Shown: positions 43,366 through 51,846 of the stretch, one piece after another
How positions within the stretch are numbered: position 1 is the first letter of the stretch
How the letters are laid out: each line of letters opens with the position of its first letter
Virus record (IMG/VR): IMGVR_UViG_3300035698_035374
Source of the DNA: a virus
Direction: 5' to 3' (one strand)
DNA length: 53,194 bases
Made by a program: the position numbers and the translations under genes
Notes under the pieces: generated by a model
The model's database searches: none
What the model was told of the DNA's origin: nothing
Seen by the model: only the letters and a program-made list of their open reading frames with translations

Positions 43366-43800
43366 ATGGACAGACAGAATAAAGAATTGTCCTCGGCGAT
43401 GGCTTTATCAGCCGACGCACACATGGAACAATCAGACTTAGCAGGTACGCCTTACTTTTTGCATTGCATCAGGGTGGCCATGCGGTTAGATGATACTGTT
43501 CAAAAGACAGTGGCCTTTCTTCACGACGTTGTGGAAGATACCAAGATTGGTTTCGATGACCTTGAGGAACTGGGTTTCCACGAAGATGTTGTTAACGCTG
43601 TGAACGCAATAACCAAACGACAAGGTGAAGATTACATAGACTATGTTAATAAGGTAGCTGAAAACGAAATTGCACGAGCAGTCAAGTTGTCTGACCTTTT
43701 GGACAACATGGATACTACCAGACTACCAGTGTTTGATAAGTACGAATCCAAGAGATTAAAGAAGTACCATAGTTGTTACAAGTATTTAAAGAGTTTGTAA
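43366..43800 (+). CDS. HD-domain small alarmone hydrolase-like (MESH1/SpoT-type) protein
   Basis: HCIRVAMRL...AFLHDVVEDT...ITKRQGEDYIDYV...AVKLSDLLDNMDTTR. Confidence 0.85.
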   Translation: MDRQNKELSSAMALSADAHMEQSDLAGTPYFLHCIRVAMRLDDTVQKTVAFLHDVVEDTKIGFDDLEELGFHEDVVNAVNAITKRQGEDYIDYVNKVAENEIARAVKLSDLLDNMDTTRLPVFDKYESKRLKKYHSCYKYLKSL

Positions 43801-43801
43801 A

Positions 43802-44374
43802 ATGATTTGGTTCACAGCAGACTGGCACTTGTCTCACCGTAACATCATAAAATATTGTGAGCGACCATTTAAAAACACACATTATATGAACAAGACCATA
43901 CTTAAAAACTACTGTGATGTGGTGGGCGAAGATGACCAAGTATATTTTCTTGGTGACATGACAATGATGGGACCATCTGAGCAGAACAAAGTTAGCAAGC
44001 AATTAGAAGACCTTCCAGGTATTAAACACCTTGTGCTTGGTAACCATGATAAGTTCAAACCATTCACGTACCATGAAATGGGGTTCTCTAGCGTACATAC
44101 CGCACTTCAAACTACTTTCCATCATTTGGATTTAGCATTTGGAGCTGCGGATTTTTTTATGGCACATGACCCAGCATGGGCACAGATACCAGAAACTATA
44201 TGGATATGTGGACACATTCATAATCACTGGGTATCACAGAAGACGGATACAAATACCATTATCGTCAATGTAGGTGTTGATGTATGGAATTTTAAGCCGG
44301 TATCGTTAGACCAAGTGGTGGATGAAATAGGTAAGTATGTAATTAACGGTAGAAAACTTGCCAAAGTCGAATAA
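43802..44374 (+). CDS. metallophosphoesterase
   Basis: TADWHLSHRNI, LGDM, LGNHDK, MAHDP, CGHIHNH. Confidence 0.92.
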   Translation: MIWFTADWHLSHRNIIKYCERPFKNTHYMNKTILKNYCDVVGEDDQVYFLGDMTMMGPSEQNKVSKQLEDLPGIKHLVLGNHDKFKPFTYHEMGFSSVHTALQTTFHHLDLAFGAADFFMAHDPAWAQIPETIWICGHIHNHWVSQKTDTNTIIVNVGVDVWNFKPVSLDQVVDEIGKYVINGRKLAKVE

Positions 44375-44482
44375 ATTACTTATGAATATGTTAGGGGTAA
44401 CCGTCCCATTTAGTAACATAACTACAAGGAGACCCGGGCAGCAGCTCTGTTTATAGGACACACGCTCGGCCGACAAGTAATA

Positions 44483-44956
44483 ATGCTCGATGAAAAATTC
44501 TTAGAGAAATGGGTTAAGATAATAGTACCAGAAGAATACGGACCTGATAAGGATCCAGCTGCAGGTAAGAGTATTCTTGGTATCTATATAATCCCTGCCG
44601 ATAAGATGGACAATATTAAAAATTCTTGGTATAAAGATATACCAAAAGATGTTAAGTTGTTTGGTCAAATTATAGATATTGGAGAAGTCTTAGATTTAAT
44701 TGGTAAAAAGAATACAAAACTAAAAGGTCGATATGTAATCCGTTTAAATGAATCACAGTCAGAGGCTTCTGGAATATTTGCACTCGCTCACGAAGTGGGG
44801 CATCTATACGGGCTTCTCACTGATGATGAGGGGCATAAACAAAACCAAGAAGAATTTGCGGACAGTTATGCATTTAAGCGAATTATAGATACTATTGATA
44901 GTTCAGACCTTAGATTTAGGGTGTATATAGAAGCTTTCTTGCATGAACGAGTTTAA
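44483..44956 (+). CDS. HEXXH metallopeptidase (ImmA/IrrE-like)
   Basis: FALAHEVGHLYG...EEFADSYAFKR. Confidence 0.75.
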   Translation: MLDEKFLEKWVKIIVPEEYGPDKDPAAGKSILGIYIIPADKMDNIKNSWYKDIPKDVKLFGQIIDIGEVLDLIGKKNTKLKGRYVIRLNESQSEASGIFALAHEVGHLYGLLTDDEGHKQNQEEFADSYAFKRIIDTIDSSDLRFRVYIEAFLHERV

Positions 44957-44992
44957 CGTATTAGCGTTAGCAACTTAGAGGTTATCCAGGAA

Positions 44993-45175
44993 ATGGGAAA
45001 AACACGTAAGGACAGAAGAGACAAGTTTGATTTTTATGACGAGGGACAACGAGAAAAAAAGTTGAGCCCTAAAAGAAACTCCAAACAAAGCTGGAAGCAG
45101 TATGAGAATACCACTGCAGATGAGGTTTTAGGAAGCTATGACTACGAAAACGACCTGGTCGAAGACGGTAGTTGA
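44993..45175 (+). CDS. hypothetical small protein
   Basis: ORF with upstream AGGAA. Confidence 0.5.
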   Translation: MGKTRKDRRDKFDFYDEGQREKKLSPKRNSKQSWKQYENTTADEVLGSYDYENDLVEDGS

Positions 45176-45521
45176 TCTTGGTTTCAACGTCATTGTAGGC
45201 GTGTCCAATAGTAAATTTTTTTGTCCAATATTTGGGACCGTACACCAGTTACCAAAGACTACAAATAGTATTCAAGGACAACGTAATTTCCGTAGTTTTT
45301 ACTATAGAGGGTATGCTTATTACCTAAAAGAAGTTTTTAATGCACAGGTCGGTAAATACTATTACTTGTTTGGTCTTTATGTTCAGCCTAAACATGAAAA
45401 TGACTTGCCTGCGCTATGTCCTATTATGATGAGTACTTTTAATATGGACCATACTATGTTCTTTGACACCAGTGGTACCATTTTAAAAGAGATTGAACTT
45501 AGTACACAAACAGGTCTGTAA
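45138..45521 (+). CDS. hypothetical protein
   Basis: ORF. Confidence 0.55.
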   Translation: MTTKTTWSKTVVDLGFNVIVGVSNSKFFCPIFGTVHQLPKTTNSIQGQRNFRSFYYRGYAYYLKEVFNAQVGKYYYLFGLYVQPKHENDLPALCPIMMSTFNMDHTMFFDTSGTILKEIELSTQTGL

Positions 45522-45523
45522 TT

Positions 45524-45856
45524 ATGGGAGACCTTTGGCAAATAGCTTTGAGTAAAATAGTTTTAGCTGTAGTATTAACACCTTTCGGGGTAGTCAAAAA
45601 AGAATCGAAAGAAATGGGACGTAATCGTAGGAAGAACAAAAAAGAACAGGCTCGTAAAAAGATACGAGGTATGCAAAGTCCCCCAAGGCATAACCGGTCT
45701 GGTGGGCAACAATTAAAGACAAGTAAAAAAAAGGCCGATAAAAAAAAGAATAAGTTTAAAAAACACAGTTACGCCACGTTGTTTTACACAGCAGAGGTAA
45801 AACCTACTAAAGAGGAAAAACCACATGTTCGGGAGATGGGGGATACAATCGAGTAG
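45524..45856 (+). CDS. basic hypothetical protein
   Basis: Lys-rich ORF. Confidence 0.55.
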   Translation: MGDLWQIALSKIVLAVVLTPFGVVKKESKEMGRNRRKNKKEQARKKIRGMQSPPRHNRSGGQQLKTSKKKADKKKNKFKKHSYATLFYTAEVKPTKEEKPHVREMGDTIE

Positions 45857-46132
45857 ACCTATACTCGAAAGAAAAATAGGAGAATCGTTCTTAGATTTTT
45901 CTATACGATTAAGCTTAGATGGTTTATCCACCAGAATGATTAGTGTACTGTGGGAAAGAAGTATAAGAAAAAAAATTTTTGTACCTCGTGCACCAGAACT
46001 TGACAGGTTAGTAGATAATTTTGTTGACAAAGAAATTAAGAAAAAAGAGCATACAAAACCTGTGTTGTATGCTCATCGCTTCTATACCAAAGGTGTGATA
46101 GAAGACTGTTAAAACACCAGTAGTTAGATATC

Positions 46133-46577
46133 GGGGGTGACTGGCTTCGACAGGGAGTTAGATTGCTCAGGTTCTCGGCTAGGCCTTTCGTGCCTGTTTG
46201 TTCTGCAAGCTAAACGAAAAAAAAGATAACTGGCAAATCTATGCTAAACTACTTTGCGAAGTTCCTTGGAACCGATACCTCTGGTACGGCAACCAAGACC
46301 CTTCGCGCCGCTGCGTAGCGAAATCTATCCAGCAAGGGGTGTTATACCAGCCTTTTAATCCAAATGGTAATCCGAGCGGCATAACATTAATGCTACTCAT
46401 CGTTCTCAAGGGGTATGATACTAGAAAAAGTCCCCTAGTTTATCTCGGGCGCTCGTTCGAGGAAGAACTTAAGTACTAGTAACCCTGTCTGTGGGGTAAA
46501 TCATAGATAAGATAGCCGTAGCAAATAGAACTTTTGTGGTTGCTTTCTGGACGAGGGTTCGATTCCCTCCACCTCCA
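46133..46577 (+). ncRNA. ssrA: tmRNA
   Basis: GGGGGTGACTGGCTTCGACAGGG 5' end; 3' GGACGAGGGTTCGATTCCCTCCACCTCCA; acceptor GGGGGTG/CACCTCC; putative tag ORF ends RAAA-stop. Confidence 0.95.
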
Positions 46578-46642
46578 TAGCCCTATGAATTATATTATTA
46601 ATTCCAAAATATTGGCAGAAATGTTCAATCAGTGGGTATAAG

Positions 46643-46852
46643 ATGATCAAGGACAATAAAATTAGTGAGTATAAACCAGGAATAATAAGTACACCAGGTA
46701 AAATAATACGCGTTTGGTTTAATGAAGAAGGCACCTGGATAGAGATGTATCCCAATATAGCTGAACGAGCTGCTTGGGAATATAGATGGCAAGAAGCAGC
46801 GCATGCTGATATAAATAATACTATACCCACTAAAGAAACACCTGCTGATTAA
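46643..46852 (+). CDS. hypothetical protein
   Basis: ORF. Confidence 0.6.
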   Translation: MIKDNKISEYKPGIISTPGKIIRVWFNEEGTWIEMYPNIAERAAWEYRWQEAAHADINNTIPTKETPAD

Positions 46853-46899
46853 ACCCTACCTTGTCAAAACAAACAAATTTTCATACATATAACCTATGA

Positions 46900-46968
46900 G
46901 GGGTGTGCTCTGGGAAAGCAGTTAGGATTCCAAACCCTGACGGAAGAGTTCGATTCTCTTACACCCTG
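46900..46968 (+). tRNA. tRNA-Trp(CCA)-like, compact D-arm
   Basis: acceptor GGGGTGT/ACACCCT, loop TTCCAAA, T-arm AAGAG-TTCGATT-CTCTT, G73. Confidence 0.7.
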
Positions 46969-47076
46969 TACTATAGAGTGTTAAAATATGTCTATGCCAG
47001 AATTATATAAGGATGTTTTACCATCCCACCACTTACAACCTACACTGTATTACACCAGAAAGGACACACAAGACAA

Positions 47077-47700
47077 ATGGCTGACTTAAATGGAAGAGCT
47101 ATAACTGAGCAAAGCTTAGGATGGGAAGCTGATAGAAAAGGTATCTATCATATCGTAGCTGGTATGTTCTCGCTTATTAACCTCAGGTTTAAGAAGTTAT
47201 CTGAAGACCTTGATGTCAGTACTAAAAGAGTATCAAACCATATATCGTTCCATGAAGACAATCTGTTCATCTCACGCCTAGAAAAGATCGAAAGGACACT
47301 GGAAGCAGGTCCTATAGACGTGGTTATGCAACCTGACCAAACTCGTACAAAGGTAGTAGAAGCAATTGTTACCCAGGTACTTAATGTTGGTACTGGTAAG
47401 TGGCTAGAAAAATATGAAATTCCTGATAAGAACTTTACAACAGCGGAAATAGGTTCGTTTTTAGGTATTACGCCTGGCTCTGTTTGTGTACTATGTAGAG
47501 CCAAGGCACTTAAAGCCAAGAAGTTTGGAAGAGAATGGCAAATAAATAAACACAATCTTTACTACTATCTTGTCAGCAACATTCAAGAACATGTTAAGAA
47601 AACCCCTACTACAAGAATAGTACATGCTGTAGTAGAAGAGGTTGCCCCACCAAAATGGGATGAAGGTAAAGTAGAAGATAAGGTAGAAGACATAAGGTAA
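47077..47700 (+). CDS. hypothetical protein with possible DNA-binding region
   Basis: ORF; helix-turn-helix-like FTTAEIGSFLGITPGSVC. Confidence 0.7.
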   Translation: MADLNGRAITEQSLGWEADRKGIYHIVAGMFSLINLRFKKLSEDLDVSTKRVSNHISFHEDNLFISRLEKIERTLEAGPIDVVMQPDQTRTKVVEAIVTQVLNVGTGKWLEKYEIPDKNFTTAEIGSFLGITPGSVCVLCRAKALKAKKFGREWQINKHNLYYYLVSNIQEHVKKTPTTRIVHAVVEEVAPPKWDEGKVEDKVEDIR

Positions 47701-47705
47701 AATAT

Positions 47706-47969
47706 ATGAGCATTAAAAAATACAGACTACACAGAGACGATATGGGATTTGCCTGCATGCGTGAGGTCGAAACAGGCAAACTTAACTATGTAATTAGTGA
47801 GTATGTTATCCTAAAAGACTATGAAGAAGAGCATAAGCTATTATTAGCTATTAGACAAGCTGTTGAAGACGATACTGACTCTTGTAGTACCCTTGAAAGA
47901 CAAGAGTATGGTAAATGCGGGTGCAAGGTCTGCGAAGCTTTAGATGCTTATGATGCTATGATGCTATGA
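47706..47969 (+). CDS. hypothetical protein
   Basis: ORF. Confidence 0.65.
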   Translation: MSIKKYRLHRDDMGFACMREVETGKLNYVISEYVILKDYEEEHKLLLAIRQAVEDDTDSCSTLERQEYGKCGCKVCEALDAYDAMML

Positions 47970-47982
47970 GGTATTCAAAATA

Positions 47983-48354
47983 ATGTGGCCATTTAAAAAG
48001 AAACAAACCACCGAGATAAAAGAAGAGCCTGTCCCACGTGACTTTATACTTAGATTGGTAGAATCATTTAGAAGTCAAGAAGGTTGGGTCACAGTACCAC
48101 GTCCAATGAGATTATTTAGTAACTTGGAATATAAGCACGAAAAATGTGGTATCACTATACTAATAGAGTATGGGCAACCTTATATTTTTGTTTATGTTAA
48201 TGGGGAATGTTTAGATCTTGAGAATCATGAAGAAACCTTAATAAGAAATGTACACACGGCAAGACTTAGAGCAATAAGAGACGTAAGGGAAGTAAAAGAA
48301 GCAAAGATTCAAAAGTGTTTGCATAAACATATATTAGAGTGTGGGGATTTATAA
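47983..48354 (+). CDS. hypothetical protein, tandem paralog 1
   Basis: MWPFKKK... HILECGDL. Confidence 0.7.
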   Translation: MWPFKKKQTTEIKEEPVPRDFILRLVESFRSQEGWVTVPRPMRLFSNLEYKHEKCGITILIEYGQPYIFVYVNGECLDLENHEETLIRNVHTARLRAIRDVREVKEAKIQKCLHKHILECGDL

Positions 48355-48729
48355 ATGTGGCCCTTTAAAAAGAAAACCAAACAAGAAGTAGAGTCTGAGA
48401 AAAAAGGGGAGGAACCTAAACTACGAGACTTCGTTGTAAGGATACTTAAATCTATAGAAATATACGACGGTTGGGAAACAGAACTCGGTGAAATATATTG
48501 CCGTTATGTACACAAAGATTGTGATATAAGAATGTCACACTCACGTGATTGTACTTGGGTTACTGTACGTGTCTTTAATGTACTTATTGATTTAACAAAA
48601 ACAGAAAAAAAGGTATTAAACAAAGCACTTACCTCTATTACAAAAGAGATATTAATAGGTGTAAACAAAGAAGATAAAGAAATGCAAAAACGAATGCGAG
48701 AGCATATCTTAGAGTGTACGGACCTTTAA
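48355..48729 (+). CDS. hypothetical protein, tandem paralog 2
   Basis: MWPFKKK... HILECTDL. Confidence 0.7.
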   Translation: MWPFKKKTKQEVESEKKGEEPKLRDFVVRILKSIEIYDGWETELGEIYCRYVHKDCDIRMSHSRDCTWVTVRVFNVLIDLTKTEKKVLNKALTSITKEILIGVNKEDKEMQKRMREHILECTDL

Positions 48730-48977
48730 AGGATGTAAAATGATAGTTAAATATTATGCCATACGATCCTTCTGGGATAGATTAACTATACCAAAAGGAT
48801 TATATGTACATGAAACAGACTACAACAAGTTATATGCTAAACTTGGTGGAAATACCAGAGCAGAGGTAGCCCAAGAAATGATGGCCTAAGTAGTTAGATG
48901 GTCTTTTTGTCAGTTATCTACTACAGAAGTATGCGACGCTATTAAAGCGTGGGCTCGAAAGTTAGAAGGAAAAGACA

Positions 48978-49790
48978 ATGAGTGATGCATTAGGCGACAG
49001 GATGAAGATGTATGAGAAGAGGGATGTACAAAAGTTCATGCCCTTTCTTCCTATTGTAGTTAGGCTTGATGGAAAGAACTTCAGCAAGTATACTAAAGGA
49101 TTTGCTCGTCCATATGATGAGAGGTTCTCTAATCTAATGCAGTACCTTACTAGGAAACTTGTAGAAGAATCTGCTGCATGTATGGGGTATACTCAATCCG
49201 ATGAGATTTCTTTGGTATTTTTTAGTGGCGATCAGAAAAGTCAGGTGTTCTTCGATAGAAAGATATATAAGATGGTATCTGTATTAGCCTCCATGGCAAG
49301 TACTTGGTTACAACTTATGGTACCTAAGCTTATACCAGAGCGTGTTGGTGTTCCGGCCATGTTTGATTGTAGAGCATGGCAAGTACCCAACCAAGGTGAG
49401 GCAGCTAATGCCATTCTATGGAGAGAGTTTGATGCTACTAAAAACAGTATTCAAATGGCTGCACGTTCTGTGTATTCACACAAACAGTTATTGAATAAAC
49501 ATGGTGGTCAATTGCAAGATATGCTTTTCGAGAAGGGGATTAATTGGAATGACTACCCAGCTTTCTTCAAGAGGGGTAGCTATTTTCAGCGGAGAAAAGA
49601 ATTAACAAAGTTCTCTCCTGTAGAGCTTGAAAGACTACCACTAAAACATGCTGCAAGAACTAACCCTGATTTAGAGATACTACGTACAAGAGTTAAAAGA
49701 ATTAATATGCCACCTCTTAATAGGGTGGTTAACCGTATCCAAGTAATCTTTGATGGGCAAGACCCCATTACAGAATCACAAGAGAGTTAA
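48978..49790 (+). CDS. thg1: Thg1-family tRNAHis guanylyltransferase / Thg1-like 3'-5' polymerase
   Basis: FLPIVVRLDGKNFSKYTKGFARPYDERF...YTQSDEISLVF...FDCRAWQVP...FFKRGSYFQRR. Confidence 0.93.
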   Translation: MSDALGDRMKMYEKRDVQKFMPFLPIVVRLDGKNFSKYTKGFARPYDERFSNLMQYLTRKLVEESAACMGYTQSDEISLVFFSGDQKSQVFFDRKIYKMVSVLASMASTWLQLMVPKLIPERVGVPAMFDCRAWQVPNQGEAANAILWREFDATKNSIQMAARSVYSHKQLLNKHGGQLQDMLFEKGINWNDYPAFFKRGSYFQRRKELTKFSPVELERLPLKHAARTNPDLEILRTRVKRINMPPLNRVVNRIQVIFDGQDPITESQES

Positions 49791-49791
49791 A

Positions 49792-50067
49792 ATGTATGAT
49801 AAGAAAGAACCTCTTCAGTGGGCAAATGATACTTTCGCAGAATTAGTGGTAAACATGTCCTGGATGGAAGGTGGCGTCCATGGTATAGTGGAGTTTAAAG
49901 GTATTATTGGTGACTATGATGTAAGAACACATTTATACGCCTCCGGTATAGAAGGTACAGTAGTCAAGTCCGAATATATTTTTGGGGCTGTACATTATTG
50001 GAACCATGTGTTAATCCGTGATGAAGCAGGCGATGTAATGTACGAATATACCAAAGGAACACCTTAA
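49792..50067 (+). CDS. hypothetical protein
   Basis: ORF. Confidence 0.65.
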   Translation: MYDKKEPLQWANDTFAELVVNMSWMEGGVHGIVEFKGIIGDYDVRTHLYASGIEGTVVKSEYIFGAVHYWNHVLIRDEAGDVMYEYTKGTP

Positions 50068-50273
50068 TGAGTACTTATGATGTAGGTATTAGAGAAGTAC
50101 ATGTAGCAACAGTAGAGGTGGAACTCACACCAGAGCAAGAAGAGCTGGGTCCAATGGCTAAAGTAGAGCTGTTAAAAAGATTAGCCAGTGTAAAACACAG
50201 CGAACTTGATGTATTACAATGTGAGTTCTCCCATACGCTTGATTTTGAGTATTGGACCGTAGAGAAGCGTTAA
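50067..50273 (+). CDS. hypothetical protein
   Basis: ORF overlapping previous stop (TAATG). Confidence 0.6.
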   Translation: MSTYDVGIREVHVATVEVELTPEQEELGPMAKVELLKRLASVKHSELDVLQCEFSHTLDFEYWTVEKR

Positions 50274-50365
50274 TAGTTCTATATAAACAGACGAATGGTA
50301 CTGTATGTATAAATACATGTTAACATATAGGAAAATAATGGTAGAAGGTTGATATCTAGTGGAGA

Positions 50366-50402
50366 GGATGTCCGTTCTACGTTGTGTTACATCATCCCCA
50401 AG
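50366..50402 (+). repeat. GGATGTCCGTTCTACGTT...TCATCCCCAAG element, copy 2
   Basis: 18-nt identity to 22228-22245 and 3' similarity to 3675-3700. Confidence 0.75.
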
Positions 50403-50450
50403 CTTAAATATGGACCTCAAAATAAATTCCAAAACACAAAGGACACGAAA

Positions 50451-50849
50451 GTGAAAACACCACAGCATTTAATGCCTTTTTTGAGCTATGTTCTCATAGT
50501 AGCTGTGTTTTATATTGGTATGTCGATAGGATGTAAGGTAAAACATGAATCATCCCCCAACCAAAAGGTTACAACGAAAAAAAACCCGAAAGAGTGTAGT
50601 ATACTAAGGTCATTCAAAACTCGTAACGTCTCAATACACGTATCAATAGGATGTTTCGAGAAAGGAACTAATAATTTACATTTGAGTGCCTTATTTCCTA
50701 TAAATAAGGTTAAAGAAGCCAACAAGGATGTATTTTGGTATATAAATAAGACATTCGGGTCTCGTACAAGCATACAGGCTATACATAAGACAAGAGCATC
50801 GAAGGGTAAGAAACATTGGCTGTTAATTGTGTATAGATTAGAGAACTAA
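50451..50849 (+). CDS. membrane-anchored hypothetical protein, GTG start
   Basis: N-terminal TM LMPFLSYVLIVAVFYIGM. Confidence 0.55.
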   Translation: MKTPQHLMPFLSYVLIVAVFYIGMSIGCKVKHESSPNQKVTTKKNPKECSILRSFKTRNVSIHVSIGCFEKGTNNLHLSALFPINKVKEANKDVFWYINKTFGSRTSIQAIHKTRASKGKKHWLLIVYRLEN

Positions 50850-50874
50850 CCATGGCTTAAAGGACAAGAACAGG

Positions 50875-51066
50875 ATGAATCACCCTCTCTTAACTGATTT
50901 ATATCAGCTTACCATGTGCCAAGCTTACTTCAATGGTGGTATACATGAAGATATATCGACTTTTGACATGTTTATTCGTAAACTTCTTGAAAATTGGGGA
51001 TATTTTGTAGCCTGTGATGTAGAAGATATCATTAGATTAACGGAAAATAATGCATACAAACAGTAG
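50875..51066 (+). pseudogene. N-terminal fragment of a nicotinate phosphoribosyltransferase-like gene
   Basis: LLTDLYQLTMCQAYFNGGIHEDISTFDMFIRKL..NWGYFVACDVEDI resembles a NAPRTase N-terminus; ORF stops after 63 aa. Confidence 0.65.
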
Positions 51067-51304
51067 AGAACGTAAACAATGGTTAAAATGTCAAGAATAC
51101 AGTGGTTATTTAGGTGAAAGGCCTACTGAAGAAGATATTGAACGTCTAATAGAAGATGCAGAGAAATTGAATGAAATAGAAGAGGCATTAAGAAAAATGT
51201 CTCATAATATAATGACATTAGCAGAAACTTTTGCTTTAAGTACACTACAATGTACTGCTTTAACAACTTTAGCTATTAAATTTATGGTTTTGGCTGAAAA
51301 ATAG
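51050..51304 (+). CDS. hypothetical protein
   Basis: ORF overlapping upstream fragment. Confidence 0.55.
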   Translation: MHTNSRERKQWLKCQEYSGYLGERPTEEDIERLIEDAEKLNEIEEALRKMSHNIMTLAETFALSTLQCTALTTLAIKFMVLAEK

Positions 51305-51308
51305 AAAA

Positions 51309-51425
51309 GGACTTTTAGTTTAAGGATAGCGCCGTATCCGGGAAAGCGCGCCCCATGGTACGGGTATCAAATGGTAAAACGTCAGCTACCCGCTGAAGAT
51401 ATGGGTTCAAGTCCCATAGAGTCCA
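51309..51425 (+). tRNA. tRNA-like gene with apparent ~47-nt D-loop insertion; loop CTACCCG suggests Gly(ACC)
   Basis: acceptor GGACTTT/AGAGTCC, split D-arm GTTT...AAATGGTAAAAC, anticodon stem TCAG/CTGA, T-arm ATGGG-TTCAAGT-CCCAT. Confidence 0.65.
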
Positions 51426-51430
51426 CAAAT

Positions 51431-51521
51431 GGAAGGTTGGCCGAGTCTGGATAAAAGGCGCTAGTCTTGAAAACTAGAGGTACCCGAGAGGGGCCCAAGG
51501 GTTCGAATCCCTTACCTTCCT
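51431..51521 (+). tRNA. tRNA-Ser(TGA)
   Basis: acceptor GGAAGGT/ACCTTCC, anticodon arm CTAGT-CTTGAAA-ACTAG, class II variable arm. Confidence 0.95.
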
Positions 51522-51534
51522 TAAGGAGTATTAT

Positions 51535-51846
51535 ATGATTGATATTACTAAAAAACTTAGATGTATCGACGGTTTAAACCCAGATGAAGAAAAAAGAAAG
51601 TTTTTAAAAGAAAAAGGTTATTATCCGGAAGAGAAATGGTGTCTTTCGGACCTTTGTTTTGATGATTGGCTTATTTTTGAAGATGGGGAAGAAATGGTAT
51701 CCGATATGCTGCATGGTGTGGGTATATTTATAAAACAAATGAAGAAAAAATATGGAGATACTGGTAGAAAAGTAAAATTTACACTAGAATCCGATTGGGA
51801 CAGTAATGGAGAAGATGTTATAACCGTATACGTAAGGGGTTACTAG
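51535..51846 (+). CDS. hypothetical protein
   Basis: AAGGAG upstream. Confidence 0.7.
   Translation: MIDITKKLRCIDGLNPDEEKRKFLKEKGYYPEEKWCLSDLCFDDWLIFEDGEEMVSDMLHGVGIFIKQMKKKYGDTGRKVKFTLESDWDSNGEDVITVYVRGY

Noticed and set aside
46232-46246. Short tmRNA tag frame GCA AAT CTA TGC TAA (ANLC)
   Set aside because: Resume codon GCA would give only 4 codons. The GGC frame gives a 28-aa tag ending RAAA, which is more plausible, though only a covariance model can settle it.
46198-46479. 93-aa ORF (MFCKLNEKKDNWQIY...)
   Set aside because: Lies inside the tmRNA; best explained as a chance ORF.
48880-48970. tRNA-like piece (ACGCT-attaa-AGCGT then GGGCTCGAAAG)
   Set aside because: No acceptor pairing or proper T-arm; insufficient support.
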